Source of the DNA: Veleropilina oligotropha
Taxonomy: Eukaryota
Direction: 5' to 3'
Length of the DNA: 64,000 nucleotides
Assembly (NCBI GenBank): GCA_048128005.1
Contig: JBEUKZ010000038.1
Location: 310,001-374,000, forward strand
In this document: positions 25,920-44,457 of the stretch, piece by piece
Layout of the letters: each line of letters starts with the position of its first letter
Position numbering within the stretch: position 1 is the first letter of the stretch
The notes under the pieces: model-generated
Told to the model about the DNA's origin: nothing
Database searches by the model: none
What the model saw: only the letters and a program-made list of their open reading frames with translations
Translations under genes and position numbers: made by a program

Positions 25920-26919
25920 AGCTTAGGCGTCGCTCCATGCAAACCAACGGCCCTTTTCAGGGCCACCAACATCCTCCGAAAGAATACCTTTGTTAACATC
26001 CCATACGTTCAAAACCGCCCGCATTTACTGACTTAAAAATTTACTTTGTAAGTAGTAAAATTCCATATTTTTGGTAGTAAAATTGAACAATAAATAGTTA
26101 ATTTCACTATTTAAATAGTTTATATTAGGATACTACTTAAATTAGTGAATAATATTCACATATATGCTCTGTCCGTTCACGCATAAACGAAGTACTCTTA
26201 CATTGCAGCATTGAATTCAAAATGAGATCCAATGCTCAATAATGAATATGCGTTTGATATGCAAAATGTCACTTGCGTTGTGTGTGTGTGGGGGGGGGGG
26301 GGGGGGGGTGTTAATTGACAGGATGTTCGAATCGCGCCCGATTTCTTCAGTTTTCATTTATTCATTAGCGTCGACGCCTGTATTTTCATAATCTTAATAT
26401 TACAATGGAAAATATATTAAAAAGTGGTCTCAAAATATATTATGTTACCAAATCATTTATTTGTCATCGCATTTATACATACATCTGAAAATATTACACG
26501 TTCTGGAAGGATGTCTCAAGAAAATCTTTTGAGCCCGTTAGTCAAGACACCCCGAGAAGACGTGCAATAAAATGTATGTAAAACCAAAACATAAATAAAT
26601 TAAACAACAGTGGGTTTTATAAAGTGTGATAGATTGCTAGTTTCCTAAATTTGCATATTTACAATTAGTCTTGCATATCAGCATAATGTAGAAGAAATGT
26701 TGCTTTTAATGTGTTGTTGTATGGTATTTAAATTTCCTGTTTCTGTTGACAGTTTTTCTAGAATTATAATCGAAGATAATCGTTTGTTTGTTGTACAATG
26801 TGGTACATGAAATTTATCTTTAGTATGGATACGTTGTGGCACAACTAGGGTATTCTATCGGAAGATTTTGGTGGCCCTGAAAAGGGCCGTTGGTTACTTG
26901 GTCCGTAAAACCGAATCTG

Positions 26920-27297
26920 TTACTTGGCAGCCTTGGAGCTCTTCTTGGGTAGAAGCACCGCTTGGATGTTGGGTAGCACACCACCCTGGGCGATGGTTAC
27001 TCCGGACAGCAGTCTGTTCAGCTCCTCGTCGTTGCGGATGGCCAGCTGGAGGTGACGGGGAATGATTCTCGTCTTCTTGTTGTCTCGGGCGGCGTTACCT
27101 GCCAACTCGAGGACTTCAGCGGCAAGATATTCCATCACAGCAGCCAGGTAGACTGGAGCCCCAGCGCCGACACGCTCGGCATAATGTCCTTTTCGGAGAT
27201 GGCGGTGGATACGACCGACTGGAAATTGAAGTCCGGCACGGGATGAGCGAGTCTTGCTCTTTGACTTGGATTTTCCTCCTTTGCCTCGTCCTGACAT
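26920..27297 (-). CDS. H2A: Histone H2A
   Basis: Identical H2A. Confidence 0.99.
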   Translation of the reverse strand: MSGRGKGGKSKSKSKTRSSRAGLQFPVGRIHRHLRKGHYAERVGAGAPVYLAAVMEYLAAEVLELAGNAARDNKKTRIIPRHLQLAIRNDEELNRLLSGVTIAQGGVLPNIQAVLLPKKSSKAAK

Positions 27298-27556
27298 ATT
27301 TTCTTCTTATCCGTCCGTTTCGCAATTGAAATGAAGACAGTAATAGAAATAGCACGGCCACGCCGGTCTATAATCGCTCGAAATGGATTGAAATTTCACG
27401 TATCAAATTTGGCGGCAACCAATAAGATTCTGAGCTGATCAATTAGCGCTAGGCGACCAATAGAAATGAAATCCAGTTTCAATCCACGCCACGTGATTTC
27501 AACCCTATCAAATAGCCACGAACGCTTATTTTTCATCACATCTACCTGATACAAGC

Positions 27557-27925
27557 ATGCCACCAAAAGTTAGTTCTAAGGGAGCGAAGAAGGCAGGAAA
27601 GGCGAAAGCCGCACGGGGCGGAGACAAGAAGAGGAGACGCAAGAGGAAGGAAAGCTACAGCATTTACATCTACAAAGTCATGAAGCAGGTCCATCCCGAC
27701 ACTGGCATCTCGTCGAAGGCCATGGTCATCATGAACAGCTTCGTAAACGACATCTTCGAGCGCATCGCCGGAGAAGCATCCCGCCTCGCACAGTACAACA
27801 AGAGGTCGACCATCACCAGCCGAGAGATCCAAACCGCCGTCCGCTTGCTCCTGCCCGGTGAACTGGCAAAGCACGCTGTCAGTGAGGGAACGAAAGCGGT
27901 CACCAAATACACCAGCAGCAAGTAA
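27557..27925 (+). CDS. H2B: Histone H2B
   Basis: Identical H2B. Confidence 0.99.
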   Translation: MPPKVSSKGAKKAGKAKAARGGDKKRRRKRKESYSIYIYKVMKQVHPDTGISSKAMVIMNSFVNDIFERIAGEASRLAQYNKRSTITSREIQTAVRLLLPGELAKHAVSEGTKAVTKYTSSK

Positions 27926-28917
27926 ATATTCGGATATATCTTGCCTGACAACCAACGGCCCTTTTCAGGGCCACCTAAATCTTCCGATAGAATACCACTG
28001 TTATGCCATAGCGTTTGCTTGCTTAGCTAAGGAAATTGTAATAAGTTAATTGGTAGTTTACATAGAAACATACAAACATTCACCCATTTCATAACGCAAA
28101 GTAAGTTGCTCAATAAAAACACCAAACCTTTATTCGTTTTCGCACGACCCTCCAATGTTTGTTGTCATCTGCCGATAAACATTATTCTAATATTCACCAA
28201 GCTGGCATAATAGTGTTAATGTGGCTGTTGTCCGCTTCGGAGTCTTGTTCTACTCACCAGACCGAACGAACACGACTAACGGCCTTCGCTAGGCTTTATA
28301 GGACACGCTTGCGTTTCCAGATCCCCAACAATGTTATTCTTATCCGAAAGTCTTTATTTTATCCTTGGCTAAACGGAAAATTCACGCCACGGACTGCTTC
28401 GAACGATGGTTTTCAACTGTCAAACAGCAGCATCAAAAAATACGAACACGGCTGATCGCACCCACGAAGTATGAAAAACTATAGGGCTGCTATTGATTGC
28501 GTATGTTCATAATACGAAAGTTATAACGTTAAATTACTTTGTATGGAAGTTATTGTTGCTAAAGATCATCTTTACGAGCGATAGTCATTATTAATAGGCT
28601 CATTCGTGTGGTACTTTCCCTTGAGTACGGAGTTGGTTGCGCATTAGCAAAAAAACGTATTCACAACTGTATGAAAATAAATTGTATTGTGAAATCAAGC
28701 AAAAATTGCCGAATACGATAAATGGCCTAGTAGAAATCGTGCTTAACAGTTTTTACGTAATCAACGAAGCCTACCACTCGAATGGGGGCTATTGTTTCTC
28801 TTGGCGAAATTAGGAGAACAATGATTGGCCGATCGTTTCGTCGAAATCGTATTCTGACCAATCGGGTTAGCGGCGAGGGGTTTTCCTTAGCGTCCGCCAC
28901 AACGGTATATAACATAA

Positions 28918-29268
<351 letters not shown>

Positions 29269-30551
29269 ACTCACCGCTTTTCTAACGAAGTTCCAACGGC
29301 CCTTTTCAGGGCCACCAAATTCTTCCGAGAGAATACCCTAATTGTGCCAATTCGTATATCTTGTAGCATAAATTACATGTGCATCAATTAGGCTTTGCAC
29401 ACGCAAACGCGCATTACGCTTTTAACAGTAAATTGCATACAGACTCGTCAAATGATACGGAAATGCACTCGATTACACTAATTGTGCAGGGAACAATTGT
29501 TAGCTCAGCTATTGTTTTTTGTTTTAAATTCATTGAATTTAGTCATTTAAACAATACACTCGATTTTTGGTTTCCAAGTGATCAAATAAATAGCAATTAA
29601 TCTACCCGAAACACACCACGAGTTATTTCCCTTGCACCGTTGGGCCAACTGAACAAAGAACAAATTATGAAATCTAACGACGATCTTGATACTCCGGCGC
29701 ACAACGCATTGCACGCGACAACACGATATAGCTATAGCGACTTCGAATTGGGTGCACAATGTAAAAAAAATGATACTCACCATAAAAAACCTCAAATAGA
29801 AAAACAGTGGCGCGCTTTCTCACTCTCTCGAAATCTTCATCAACAGAAAAGAACGATGAATAAATATGGCAATAGAGCATTTATCAACAATGCCCCAACA
29901 CTCTGGAACAAACTCACATCTAAAGTAAAGGAAAGTACAACTCTGGCAGGTTTTCGGAAGACATTGATTACACACCTATTTGCTGATGTATATGCCAACC
30001 TGATCACGTCTCACTAACAATTCGAATTAGCTGACATCGTAGTAGTGGATGACAGTAATGACTGGTTCACATTCGGTTATTGTTATTGCTTGCATCATAT
30101 GTATCATTTAAAATTGGTTGAAGTTCATGCTAGTGGCTGCTTCACCTCTTTGTCTGATTGTGCTTGGGAAAACAAAATAATTTTATTGGGAATTATTGTA
30201 TTCATGGTATCATTGATGTTTCCCCTACAGGTATATTCTCATGTACTGTAATATTAAATAATAAATAACAATAATAATTCAGGCAACGAATATTTGTAAA
30301 AAAAAATTAATATCAAGTTAAAAATCAATGTTGGGACTACTTCTAGCACGTTAAACGCTTGCATCGTTGATACTTTCCTTATTTATTTACACCGGTTAAA
30401 ATATTTTCTGCACCGCGCCACTAAATTGCCGGAAATGGATAGAAAACTGAAACCATTTCGTCCAATGAAACTGATCGTCCAATGAGAGGCCTGGCTGTAA
30501 TTGGCGCGAGATACGATTAAATAGGGACAGTTAGGAGTAAAGATGCATTGA

Positions 30552-30995
<444 letters not shown>

Positions 30996-31995
30996 AGCTT
31001 AGGCGTCGCTCCATGCAAACCAACGGCCCTTTTCAGGGCCACCAACATCCTCCGAAAGAATACCTTTGTTAACATCCCATACGTTCAAAACCGCCCGCAT
31101 TTACTGACTTAAAAATTTACTTTGTAAGTAGTAAAATTCCATATTTTTGGTAGTAAAATTGAACAATAAATAGTTAATTTCACTATTTAAATAGTTTATA
31201 TTAGGATACTACTTAAATTAGTGAATAATATTCACATATATGCTCTGTCCGTTCACGCATAAACGAAGTACTCTTACATTGCAGCATTGAATTCAAAATG
31301 AGATCCAATGCTCAATAATGAATATGCGTTTGATATGCAAAATGTCACTTGCGTTGTGTGTGTGTGGGGGGGGGGGGGGGGGGGTGTTAATTGACAGGAT
31401 GTTCGAATCGCGCCCGATTTCTTCAGTTTTCATTTATTCATTAGCGTCGACGCCTGTATTTTCATAATCTTAATATTACAATGGAAAATATATTAAAAAG
31501 TGGTCTCAAAATATATTATGTTACCAAATCATTTATTTGTCATCGCATTTATACATACATCTGAAAATATTACACGTTCTGGAAGGATGTCTCAAGAAAA
31601 TCTTTTGAGCCCGTTAGTCAAGACACCCCGAGAAGACGTGCAATAAAATGTATGTAAAACCAAAACATAAATAAATTAAACAACAGTGGGTTTTATAAAG
31701 TGTGATAGATTGCTAGTTTCCTAAATTTGCATATTTACAATTAGTCTTGCATATCAGCATAATGTAGAAGAAATGTTGCTTTTAATGTGTTGTTGTATGG
31801 TATTTAAATTTCCTGTTTCTGTTGACAGTTTTTCTAGAATTATAATCGAAGATAATCGTTTGTTTGTTGTACAATGTGGTACATGAAATTTATCTTTAGT
31901 ATGGATACGTTGTGGCACAACTAGGGTATTCTATCGGAAGATTTTGGTGGCCCTGAAAAGGGCCGTTGGTTACTTGGTCCGTAAAACCGAATCTG

Positions 31996-32373
31996 TTACT
32001 TGGCAGCCTTGGAGCTCTTCTTGGGTAGAAGCACCGCTTGGATGTTGGGTAGCACACCACCCTGGGCGATGGTTACTCCGGACAGCAGTCTGTTCAGCTC
32101 CTCGTCGTTGCGGATGGCCAGCTGGAGGTGACGGGGAATGATTCTCGTCTTCTTGTTGTCTCGGGCGGCGTTACCTGCCAACTCGAGGACTTCAGCGGCA
32201 AGATATTCCATCACAGCAGCCAGGTAGACTGGAGCCCCAGCGCCGACACGCTCGGCATAATGTCCTTTTCGGAGATGGCGGTGGATACGACCGACTGGAA
32301 ATTGAAGTCCGGCACGGGATGAGCGAGTCTTGCTCTTTGACTTGGATTTTCCTCCTTTGCCTCGTCCTGACAT
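31996..32373 (-). CDS. H2A: Histone H2A
   Basis: Identical H2A. Confidence 0.99.
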   Translation of the reverse strand: MSGRGKGGKSKSKSKTRSSRAGLQFPVGRIHRHLRKGHYAERVGAGAPVYLAAVMEYLAAEVLELAGNAARDNKKTRIIPRHLQLAIRNDEELNRLLSGVTIAQGGVLPNIQAVLLPKKSSKAAK

Positions 32374-32632
32374 ATTTTCTTCTTATCCGTCCGTTTCGCA
32401 ATTGAAATGAAGACAGTAATAGAAATAGCACGGCCACGCCGGTCTATAATCGCTCGAAATGGATTGAAATTTCACGTATCAAATTTGGCGGCAACCAATA
32501 AGATTCTGAGCTGATCAATTAGCGCTAGGCGACCAATAGAAATGAAATCCAGTTTCAATCCACGCCACGTGATTTCAACCCTATCAAATAGCCACGAACG
32601 CTTATTTTTCATCACATCTACCTGATACAAGC

Positions 32633-33001
32633 ATGCCACCAAAAGTTAGTTCTAAGGGAGCGAAGAAGGCAGGAAAGGCGAAAGCCGCACGGGGCGGAGA
32701 CAAGAAGAGGAGACGCAAGAGGAAGGAAAGCTACAGCATTTACATCTACAAAGTCATGAAGCAGGTCCATCCCGACACTGGCATCTCGTCGAAGGCCATG
32801 GTCATCATGAACAGCTTCGTAAACGACATCTTCGAGCGCATCGCCGGAGAAGCATCCCGCCTCGCACAGTACAACAAGAGGTCGACCATCACCAGCCGAG
32901 AGATCCAAACCGCCGTCCGCTTGCTCCTGCCCGGTGAACTGGCAAAGCACGCTGTCAGTGAGGGAACGAAAGCGGTCACCAAATACACCAGCAGCAAGTA
33001 A
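32633..33001 (+). CDS. H2B: Histone H2B
   Basis: Identical H2B. Confidence 0.99.
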   Translation: MPPKVSSKGAKKAGKAKAARGGDKKRRRKRKESYSIYIYKVMKQVHPDTGISSKAMVIMNSFVNDIFERIAGEASRLAQYNKRSTITSREIQTAVRLLLPGELAKHAVSEGTKAVTKYTSSK

Positions 33002-33993
33002 ATATTCGGATATATCTTGCCTGACAACCAACGGCCCTTTTCAGGGCCACCTAAATCTTCCGAGAGAATACCACTGTTATGCCATAGCGTTTGCTTGCTT
33101 AGCTAAGGAAATTGTAATAAGTTAATTGGTAGTTTACATAGAAACATACAAACATTCACCCATTTCATAACGCAAAGTAAGTTGCTCAATAAAAACACCA
33201 AACCTTTATTCGTTTTCGCACGACCCTCCAATGTTTGTTGTCATCTGCCGATAAACATTATTCTAATATTCACCAAGCTGGCATAATAGTGTTAATGTGG
33301 CTGTTGTCCGCTTCGGAGTCTTGTTCTACTCACCAGACCGAACGAACACGACTAACGGCCTTCGCTAGGCTTTATAGGACACGCTTGCGTTTCCAGATCC
33401 CCAACAATGTTATTCTTATCCGAAAGTCTTTATTTTATCCTTGGCTAAACGGAAAATTCACGCCACGGACTGCTTCGAACGATGGTTTTCAACTGTCAAA
33501 CAGCAGCATCAAAAAATACGAACACGGCTGATCGCACCCACGAAGTATGAAAAACTATAGGGCTGCTATTGATTGCGTATGTTCATAATACGAAAGTTAT
33601 AACGTTAAATTACTTTGTATGGAAGTTATTGTTGCTAAAGATCATCTTTACGAGCGATAGTCATTATTAATAGGCTCATTCGTGTGGTACTTTCCCTTGA
33701 GTACGGAGTTGGTTGCGCATTAGCAAAAAAACGTATTCACAACTGTATGAAAATAAATTGTATTGTGAAATCAAGCAAAAATTGCCGAATACGATAAATG
33801 GCCTAGTAGAAATCGTGCTTAACAGTTTTTACGTAATCAACGAAGCCTACCACTCGAATGGGGGCTATTGTTTCTCTTGGCGAAATTAGGAGAACAATGA
33901 TTGGCCGATCGTTTCGTCGAAATCGTATTCTGACCAATCGGGTTAGCGGCGAGGGGTTTTCCTTAGCGTCCGCCACAACGGTATATAACATAA

Positions 33994-34344
<351 letters not shown>

Positions 34345-35627
34345 ACTCACCGCTTTTCTAACGAAGTTCCAACGGCCCTTTTCAGGGCCACCAAATTCTT
34401 CCGAGAGAATACCCTAATTGTGCCAATTCGTATATCTTGTAGCATAAATTACATGTGCATCAATTAGGCTTTGCACACGCAAACGCGCATTACGCTTTTA
34501 ACAGTAAATTGCATACAGACTCGTCAAATGATACGGAAATGCACTCGATTACACTAATTGTGCAGGGAACAATTGTTAGCTCAGCTATTGTTTTTTGTTT
34601 TAAATTCATTGAATTTAGTCATTTAAACAATACACTCGATTTTTGGTTTCCAAGTGATCAAATAAATAGCAATTAATCTACCCGAAACACACCACGAGTT
34701 ATTTCCCTTGCACCGTTGGGCCAACTGAACAAAGAACAAATTATGAAATCTAACGACGATCTTGATACTCCGGCGCACAACGCATTGCACGCGACAACAC
34801 GATATAGCTATAGCGACTTCGAATTGGGTGCACAATGTAAAAAAAATGATACTCACCATAAAAAACCTCAAATAGAAAAACAGTGGCGCGCTTTCTCACT
34901 CTCTCGAAATCTTCATCAACAGAAAAGAACGATGAATAAATATGGCAATAGAGCATTTATCAACAATGCCCCAACACTCTGGAACAAACTCACATCTAAA
35001 GTAAAGGAAAGTACAACTCTGGCAGGTTTTCGGAAGACATTGATTACACACCTATTTGCTGATGTATATGCCAACCTGATCACGTCTCACTAACAATTCG
35101 AATTAGCTGACATCGTAGTAGTGGATGACAGTAATGACTGGTTCACATTCGGTTATTGTTATTGCTTGCATCATATGTATCATTTAAAATTGGTTGAAGT
35201 TCATGCTAGTGGCTGCTTCACCTCTTTGTCTGATTGTGCTTGGGAAAACAAAATAATTTTATTGGGAATTATTGTATTCATGGTATCATTGATGTTTCCC
35301 CTACAGGTATATTCTCATGTACTGTAATATTAAATAATAAATAACAATAATAATTCAGGCAACGAATATTTGTAAAAAAAAATTAATATCAAGTTAAAAA
35401 TCAATGTTGGGACTACTTCTAGCACGTTAAACGCTTGCATCGTTGATACTTTCCTTATTTATTTACACCGGTTAAAATATTTTCTGCACCGCGCCACTAA
35501 ATTGCCGGAAATGGATAGAAAACTGAAACCATTTCGTCCAATGAAACTGATCGTCCAATGAGAGGCCTGGCTGTAATTGGCGCGAGATACGATTAAATAG
35601 GGACAGTTAGGAGTAAAGATGCATTGA

Positions 35628-36071
<444 letters not shown>

Positions 36072-37072
36072 AGCTTAGGCGTCGCTCCATGCAAACCAAC
36101 GGCCCTTTTCAGGGCCACCAACATCCTCCGAAAGAATACCTTTGTTAACATCCCATACGTTCAAAACCGCCCGCATTTACTGACTTAAAAATTTACTTTG
36201 TAAGTAGTAAAATTCCATATTTTTGGTAGTAAAATTGAACAATAAATAGTTAATTTCACTATTTAAATAGTTTATATTAGGATACTACTTAAATTAGTGA
36301 ATAATATTCACATATATGCTCTGTCCGTTCACGCATAAACGAAGTACTCTTACATTGCAGCATTGAATTCAAAATGAGATCCAATGCTCAATAATGAATA
36401 TGCGTTTGATATGCAAAATGTCACTTGCGTTGTGTGTGTGTGGGGGGGGGGGGGGGGGGGGTGTTAATTGACAGGATGTTCGAATCGCGCCCGATTTCTT
36501 CAGTTTTCATTTATTCATTAGCGTCGACGCCTGTATTTTCATAATCTTAATATTACAATGGAAAATATATTAAAAAGTGGTCTCAAAATATATTATGTTA
36601 CCAAATCATTTATTTGTCATCGCATTTATACATACATCTGAAAATATTACACGTTCTGGAAGGATGTCTCAAGAAAATCTTTTGAGCCCGTTAGTCAAGA
36701 CACCCCGAGAAGACGTGCAATAAAATGTATGTAAAACCAAAACATAAATAAATTAAACAACAGTGGGTTTTATAAAGTGTGATAGATTGCTAGTTTCCTA
36801 AATTTGCATATTTACAATTAGTCTTGCATATCAGCATAATGTAGAAGAAATGTTGCTTTTAATGTGTTGTTGTATGGTATTTAAATTTCCTGTTTCTGTT
36901 GACAGTTTTTCTAGAATTATAATCGAAGATAATCGTTTGTTTGTTGTACAATGTGGTACATGAAATTTATCTTTAGTATGGATACGTTGTGGCACAACTA
37001 GGGTATTCTATCGGAAGATTTTGGTGGCCCTGAAAAGGGCCGTTGGTTACTTGGTCCGTAAAACCGAATCTG

Positions 37073-37450
37073 TTACTTGGCAGCCTTGGAGCTCTTCTTG
37101 GGTAGAAGCACCGCTTGGATGTTGGGTAGCACACCACCCTGGGCGATGGTTACTCCGGACAGCAGTCTGTTCAGCTCCTCGTCGTTGCGGATGGCCAGCT
37201 GGAGGTGACGGGGAATGATTCTCGTCTTCTTGTTGTCTCGGGCGGCGTTACCTGCCAACTCGAGGACTTCAGCGGCAAGATATTCCATCACAGCAGCCAG
37301 GTAGACTGGAGCCCCAGCGCCGACACGCTCGGCATAATGTCCTTTTCGGAGATGGCGGTGGATACGACCGACTGGAAATTGAAGTCCGGCACGGGATGAG
37401 CGAGTCTTGCTCTTTGACTTGGATTTTCCTCCTTTGCCTCGTCCTGACAT
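37073..37450 (-). CDS. H2A: Histone H2A
   Basis: Identical H2A. Confidence 0.99.
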   Translation of the reverse strand: MSGRGKGGKSKSKSKTRSSRAGLQFPVGRIHRHLRKGHYAERVGAGAPVYLAAVMEYLAAEVLELAGNAARDNKKTRIIPRHLQLAIRNDEELNRLLSGVTIAQGGVLPNIQAVLLPKKSSKAAK

Positions 37451-37709
37451 ATTTTCTTCTTATCCGTCCGTTTCGCAATTGAAATGAAGACAGTAATAGA
37501 AATAGCACGGCCACGCCGGTCTATAATCGCTCGAAATGGATTGAAATTTCACGTATCAAATTTGGCGGCAACCAATAAGATTCTGAGCTGATCAATTAGC
37601 GCTAGGCGACCAATAGAAATGAAATCCAGTTTCAATCCACGCCACGTGATTTCAACCCTATCAAATAGCCACGAACGCTTATTTTTCATCACATCTACCT
37701 GATACAAGC

Positions 37710-38038
<329 letters not shown>

Positions 38039-39030
38039 ATATTCGGATATATCTTGCCTGACAACCAACGGCCCTTTTCAGGGCCACCTAAATCTTCCGA
38101 GAGAATACCACTGTTATGCCATAGCGTTTGCTTGCTTAGCTAAGGAAATTGTAATAAGTTAATTGGTAGTTTACATAGAAACATACAAACATTCACCCAT
38201 TTCATAACGCAAAGTAAGTTGCTCAATAAAAACACCAAACCTTTATTCGTTTTCGCACGACCCTCCAATGTTTGTTGTCATCTGCCGATAAACATTATTC
38301 TAATATTCACCAAGCTGGCATAATAGTGTTAATGTGGCTGTTGTCCGCTTCGGAGTCTTGTTCTACTCACCAGACCGAACGAACACGACTAACGGCCTTC
38401 GCTAGGCTTTATAGGACACGCTTGCGTTTCCAGATCCCCAACAATGTTATTCTTATCCGAAAGTCTTTATTTTATCCTTGGCTAAACGGAAAATTCACGC
38501 CACGGACTGCTTCGAACGATGGTTTTCAACTGTCAAACAGCAGCATCAAAAAATACGAACACGGCTGATCGCACCCACGAAGTATGAAAAACTATAGGGC
38601 TGCTATTGATTGCGTATGTTCATAATACGAAAGTTATAACGTTAAATTACTTTGTATGGAAGTTATTGTTGCTAAAGATCATCTTTACGAGCGATAGTCA
38701 TTATTAATAGGCTCATTCGTGTGGTACTTTCCCTTGAGTACGGAGTTGGTTGCGCATTAGCAAAAAAACGTATTCACAACTGTATGAAAATAAATTGTAT
38801 TGTGAAATCAAGCAAAAATTGCCGAATACGATAAATGGCCTAGTAGAAATCGTGCTTAACAGTTTTTACGTAATCAACGAAGCCTACCACTCGAATGGGG
38901 GCTATTGTTTCTCTTGGCGAAATTAGGAGAACAATGATTGGCCGATCGTTTCGTCGAAATCGTATTCTGACCAATCGGGTTAGCGGCGAGGGGTTTTCCT
39001 TAGCGTCCGCCACAACGGTATATAACATAA

Positions 39031-39381
<351 letters not shown>

Positions 39382-40664
39382 ACTCACCGCTTTTCTAACG
39401 AAGTTCCAACGGCCCTTTTCAGGGCCACCAAATTCTTCCGAGAGAATACCCTAATTGTGCCAATTCGTATATCTTGTAGCATAAATTACATGTGCATCAA
39501 TTAGGCTTTGCACACGCAAACGCGCATTACGCTTTTAACAGTAAATTGCATACAGACTCGTCAAATGATACGGAAATGCACTCGATTACACTAATTGTGC
39601 AGGGAACAATTGTTAGCTCAGCTATTGTTTTTTGTTTTAAATTCATTGAATTTAGTCATTTAAACAATACACTCGATTTTTGGTTTCCAAGTGATCAAAT
39701 AAATAGCAATTAATCTACCCGAAACACACCACGAGTTATTTCCCTTGCACCGTTGGGCCAACTGAACAAAGAACAAATTATGAAATCTAACGACGATCTT
39801 GATACTCCGGCGCACAACGCATTGCACGCGACAACACGATATAGCTATAGCGACTTCGAATTGGGTGCACAATGTAAAAAAAATGATACTCACCATAAAA
39901 AACCTCAAATAGAAAAACAGTGGCGCGCTTTCTCACTCTCTCGAAATCTTCATCAACAGAAAAGAACGATGAATAAATATGGCAATAGAGCATTTATCAA
40001 CAATGCCCCAACACTCTGGAACAAACTCACATCTAAAGTAAAGGAAAGTACAACTCTGGCAGGTTTTCGGAAGACATTGATTACACACCTATTTGCTGAT
40101 GTATATGCCAACCTGATCACGTCTCACTAACAATTCGAATTAGCTGACATCGTAGTAGTGGATGACAGTAATGACTGGTTCACATTCGGTTATTGTTATT
40201 GCTTGCATCATATGTATCATTTAAAATTGGTTGAAGTTCATGCTAGTGGCTGCTTCACCTCTTTGTCTGATTGTGCTTGGGAAAACAAAATAATTTTATT
40301 GGGAATTATTGTATTCATGGTATCATTGATGTTTCCCCTACAGGTATATTCTCATGTACTGTAATATTAAATAATAAATAACAATAATAATTCAGGCAAC
40401 GAATATTTGTAAAAAAAAATTAATATCAAGTTAAAAATCAATGTTGGGACTACTTCTAGCACGTTAAACGCTTGCATCGTTGATACTTTCCTTATTTATT
40501 TACACCGGTTAAAATATTTTCTGCACCGCGCCACTAAATTGCCGGAAATGGATAGAAAACTGAAACCATTTCGTCCAATGAAACTGATCGTCCAATGAGA
40601 GGCCTGGCTGTAATTGGCGCGAGATACGATTAAATAGGGACAGTTAGGAGTAAAGATGCATTGA

Positions 40665-41108
<444 letters not shown>

Positions 41109-41465
41109 AGCTTAGGCGTCGCTCCATGCAAACCAACGGCCCTTTTCAGGGCCACCAACATCCTCCGAAAGAATACCTTTGTTAACATCCCATACGTTCA
41201 AAACCGCCCGCATTTACTGACTTAAAAATTTACTTTGTAAGTAGTAAAATTCCATATATTTGGTAGTAAAATTGAACAATAAATAGTTAATTTCACTATT
41301 TAAATAGTTTATATTAGGATACTACTTAAATTAGTGAATAATATTCACATATATGCTCTGTCCGTTCACGCATAAACGAAGTACTCTTACATTGCAGCAT
41401 TGAATTCAAAATGAGATCCAATGCTCAATAATGAATATGCGTTTGATATGCAAAATGTCACTTGC

Positions 41466-41496
<31 letters not shown>

Positions 41497-42108
41497 GTGT
41501 TAATTGACAGGATGTTCGAATCGCGCCCGATTTCTTCAGTTTTCATTTATTCATTAGCGTCGACGCCTGTATTTTCATAATCTTAATATTACAATGGAAA
41601 ATATATTAAAAAGTGGTCTCAAAATATATTATGTTACCAAATCATTTATTTGTCATCGCATTTATACATACATCTGAAAATATTACACGTTCTGGAAGGA
41701 TGTCTCAAGAAAATCTTTTGAGCCCGTTAGTCAAGACACCCCGAGAAGACGTGCAATAAAATGTATGTAAAACCAAAACATAAATAAATTAAACAACAGT
41801 GGGTTTTATAAAGTGTGATAGATTGCTAGTTTCCTAAATTTGCATATTTACAATTAGTCTTGCATATCAGCATAATGTAGAAGAAATGTTGCTTTTAATG
41901 TGTTGTTGTATGGTATTTAAATTTCCTGTTTCTGTTGACAGTTTTTCTAGAATTATAATCGAAGATAATCGTTTGTTTGTTGTACAATGTGGTACATGAA
42001 ATTTATCTTTAGTATGGATACGTTGTGGCACAACTAGGGTATTCTATCGGAAGATTTTGGTGGCCCTGAAAAGGGCCGTTGGTTACTTGGTCCGTAAAAC
42101 CGAATCTG

Positions 42109-42486
42109 TTACTTGGCAGCCTTGGAGCTCTTCTTGGGTAGAAGCACCGCTTGGATGTTGGGTAGCACACCACCCTGGGCGATGGTTACTCCGGACAGCA
42201 GTCTGTTCAGCTCCTCGTCGTTGCGGATGGCCAGCTGGAGGTGACGGGGAATGATTCTCGTCTTCTTGTTGTCTCGGGCGGCGTTACCTGCCAACTCGAG
42301 GACTTCAGCGGCAAGATATTCCATCACAGCAGCCAGGTAGACTGGAGCCCCAGCGCCGACACGCTCGGCATAATGTCCTTTTCGGAGATGGCGGTGGATA
42401 CGACCGACTGGAAATTGAAGTCCGGCACGGGATGAGCGAGTCTTGCTCTTTGACTTGGATTTTCCTCCTTTGCCTCGTCCTGACAT
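42109..42486 (-). CDS. H2A: Histone H2A
   Basis: Identical H2A. Confidence 0.99.
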   Translation of the reverse strand: MSGRGKGGKSKSKSKTRSSRAGLQFPVGRIHRHLRKGHYAERVGAGAPVYLAAVMEYLAAEVLELAGNAARDNKKTRIIPRHLQLAIRNDEELNRLLSGVTIAQGGVLPNIQAVLLPKKSSKAAK

Positions 42487-42745
42487 ATTTTCTTCTTATC
42501 CGTCCGTTTCGCAATTGAAATGAAGACAGTAATAGAAATAGCACGGCCACGCCGGTCTATAATCGCTCGAAATGGATTGAAATTTCACGTATCAAATTTG
42601 GCGGCAACCAATAAGATTCTGAGCTGATCAATTAGCGCTAGGCGACCAATAGAAATGAAATCCAGTTTCAATCCACGCCACGTGATTTCAACCCTATCAA
42701 ATAGCCACGAACGCTTATTTTTCATCACATCTACCTGATACAAGC

Positions 42746-43114
42746 ATGCCACCAAAAGTTAGTTCTAAGGGAGCGAAGAAGGCAGGAAAGGCGAAAGCCG
42801 CACGGGGCGGAGACAAGAAGAGGAGACGCAAGAGGAAGGAAAGCTACAGCATTTACATCTACAAAGTCATGAAGCAGGTCCATCCCGACACTGGCATCTC
42901 GTCGAAGGCCATGGTCATCATGAACAGCTTCGTAAACGACATCTTCGAGCGCATCGCCGGAGAAGCATCCCGCCTCGCACAGTACAACAAGAGGTCGACC
43001 ATCACCAGCCGAGAGATCCAAACCGCCGTCCGCTTGCTCCTGCCCGGTGAACTGGCAAAGCACGCTGTCAGTGAGGGAACGAAAGCGGTCACCAAATACA
43101 CCAGCAGCAAGTAA
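42746..43114 (+). CDS. H2B: Histone H2B
   Basis: Identical H2B. Confidence 0.99.
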   Translation: MPPKVSSKGAKKAGKAKAARGGDKKRRRKRKESYSIYIYKVMKQVHPDTGISSKAMVIMNSFVNDIFERIAGEASRLAQYNKRSTITSREIQTAVRLLLPGELAKHAVSEGTKAVTKYTSSK

Positions 43115-44106
43115 ATATTCGGATATATCTTGCCTGACAACCAACGGCCCTTTTCAGGGCCACCTAAATCTTCCGAGAGAATACCACTGTTATGCCATAG
43201 CGTTTGCTTGCTTAGCTAAGGAAATTGTAATAAGTTAATTGGTAGTTTACATAGAAACATACAAACATTCACCCATTTCATAACGCAAAGTAAGTTGCTC
43301 AATAAAAACACCAAACCTTTATTCGTTTTCGCACGACCCTCCAATGTTTGTTGTCATCTGCCGATAAACATTATTCTAATATTCACCAAGCTGGCATAAT
43401 AGTGTTAATGTGGCTGTTGTCCGCTTCGGAGTCTTGTTCTACTCACCAGACCGAACGAACACGACTAACGGCCTTCGCTAGGCTTTATAGGACACGCTTG
43501 CGTTTCCAGATCCCCAACAATGTTATTCTTATCCGAAAGTCTTTATTTTATCCTTGGCTAAACGGAAAATTCACGCCACGGACTGCTTCGAACGATGGTT
43601 TTCAACTGTCAAACAGCAGCATCAAAAAATACGAACACGGCTGATCGCACCCACGAAGTATGAAAAACTATAGGGCTGCTATTGATTGCGTATGTTCATA
43701 ATACGAAAGTTATAACGTTAAATTACTTTGTATGGAAGTTATTGTTGCTAAAGATCATCTTTACGAGCGATAGTCATTATTAATAGGCTCATTCGTGTGG
43801 TACTTTCCCTTGAGTACGGAGTTGGTTGCGCATTAGCAAAAAAACGTATTCACAACTGTATGAAAATAAATTGTATTGTGAAATCAAGCAAAAATTGCCG
43901 AATACGATAAATGGCCTAGTAGAAATCGTGCTTAACAGTTTTTACGTAATCAACGAAGCCTACCACTCGAATGGGGGCTATTGTTTCTCTTGGCGAAATT
44001 AGGAGAACAATGATTGGCCGATCGTTTCGTCGAAATCGTATTCTGACCAATCGGGTTAGCGGCGAGGGGTTTTCCTTAGCGTCCGCCACAACGGTATATA
44101 ACATAA

Positions 44107-44457
<351 letters not shown>
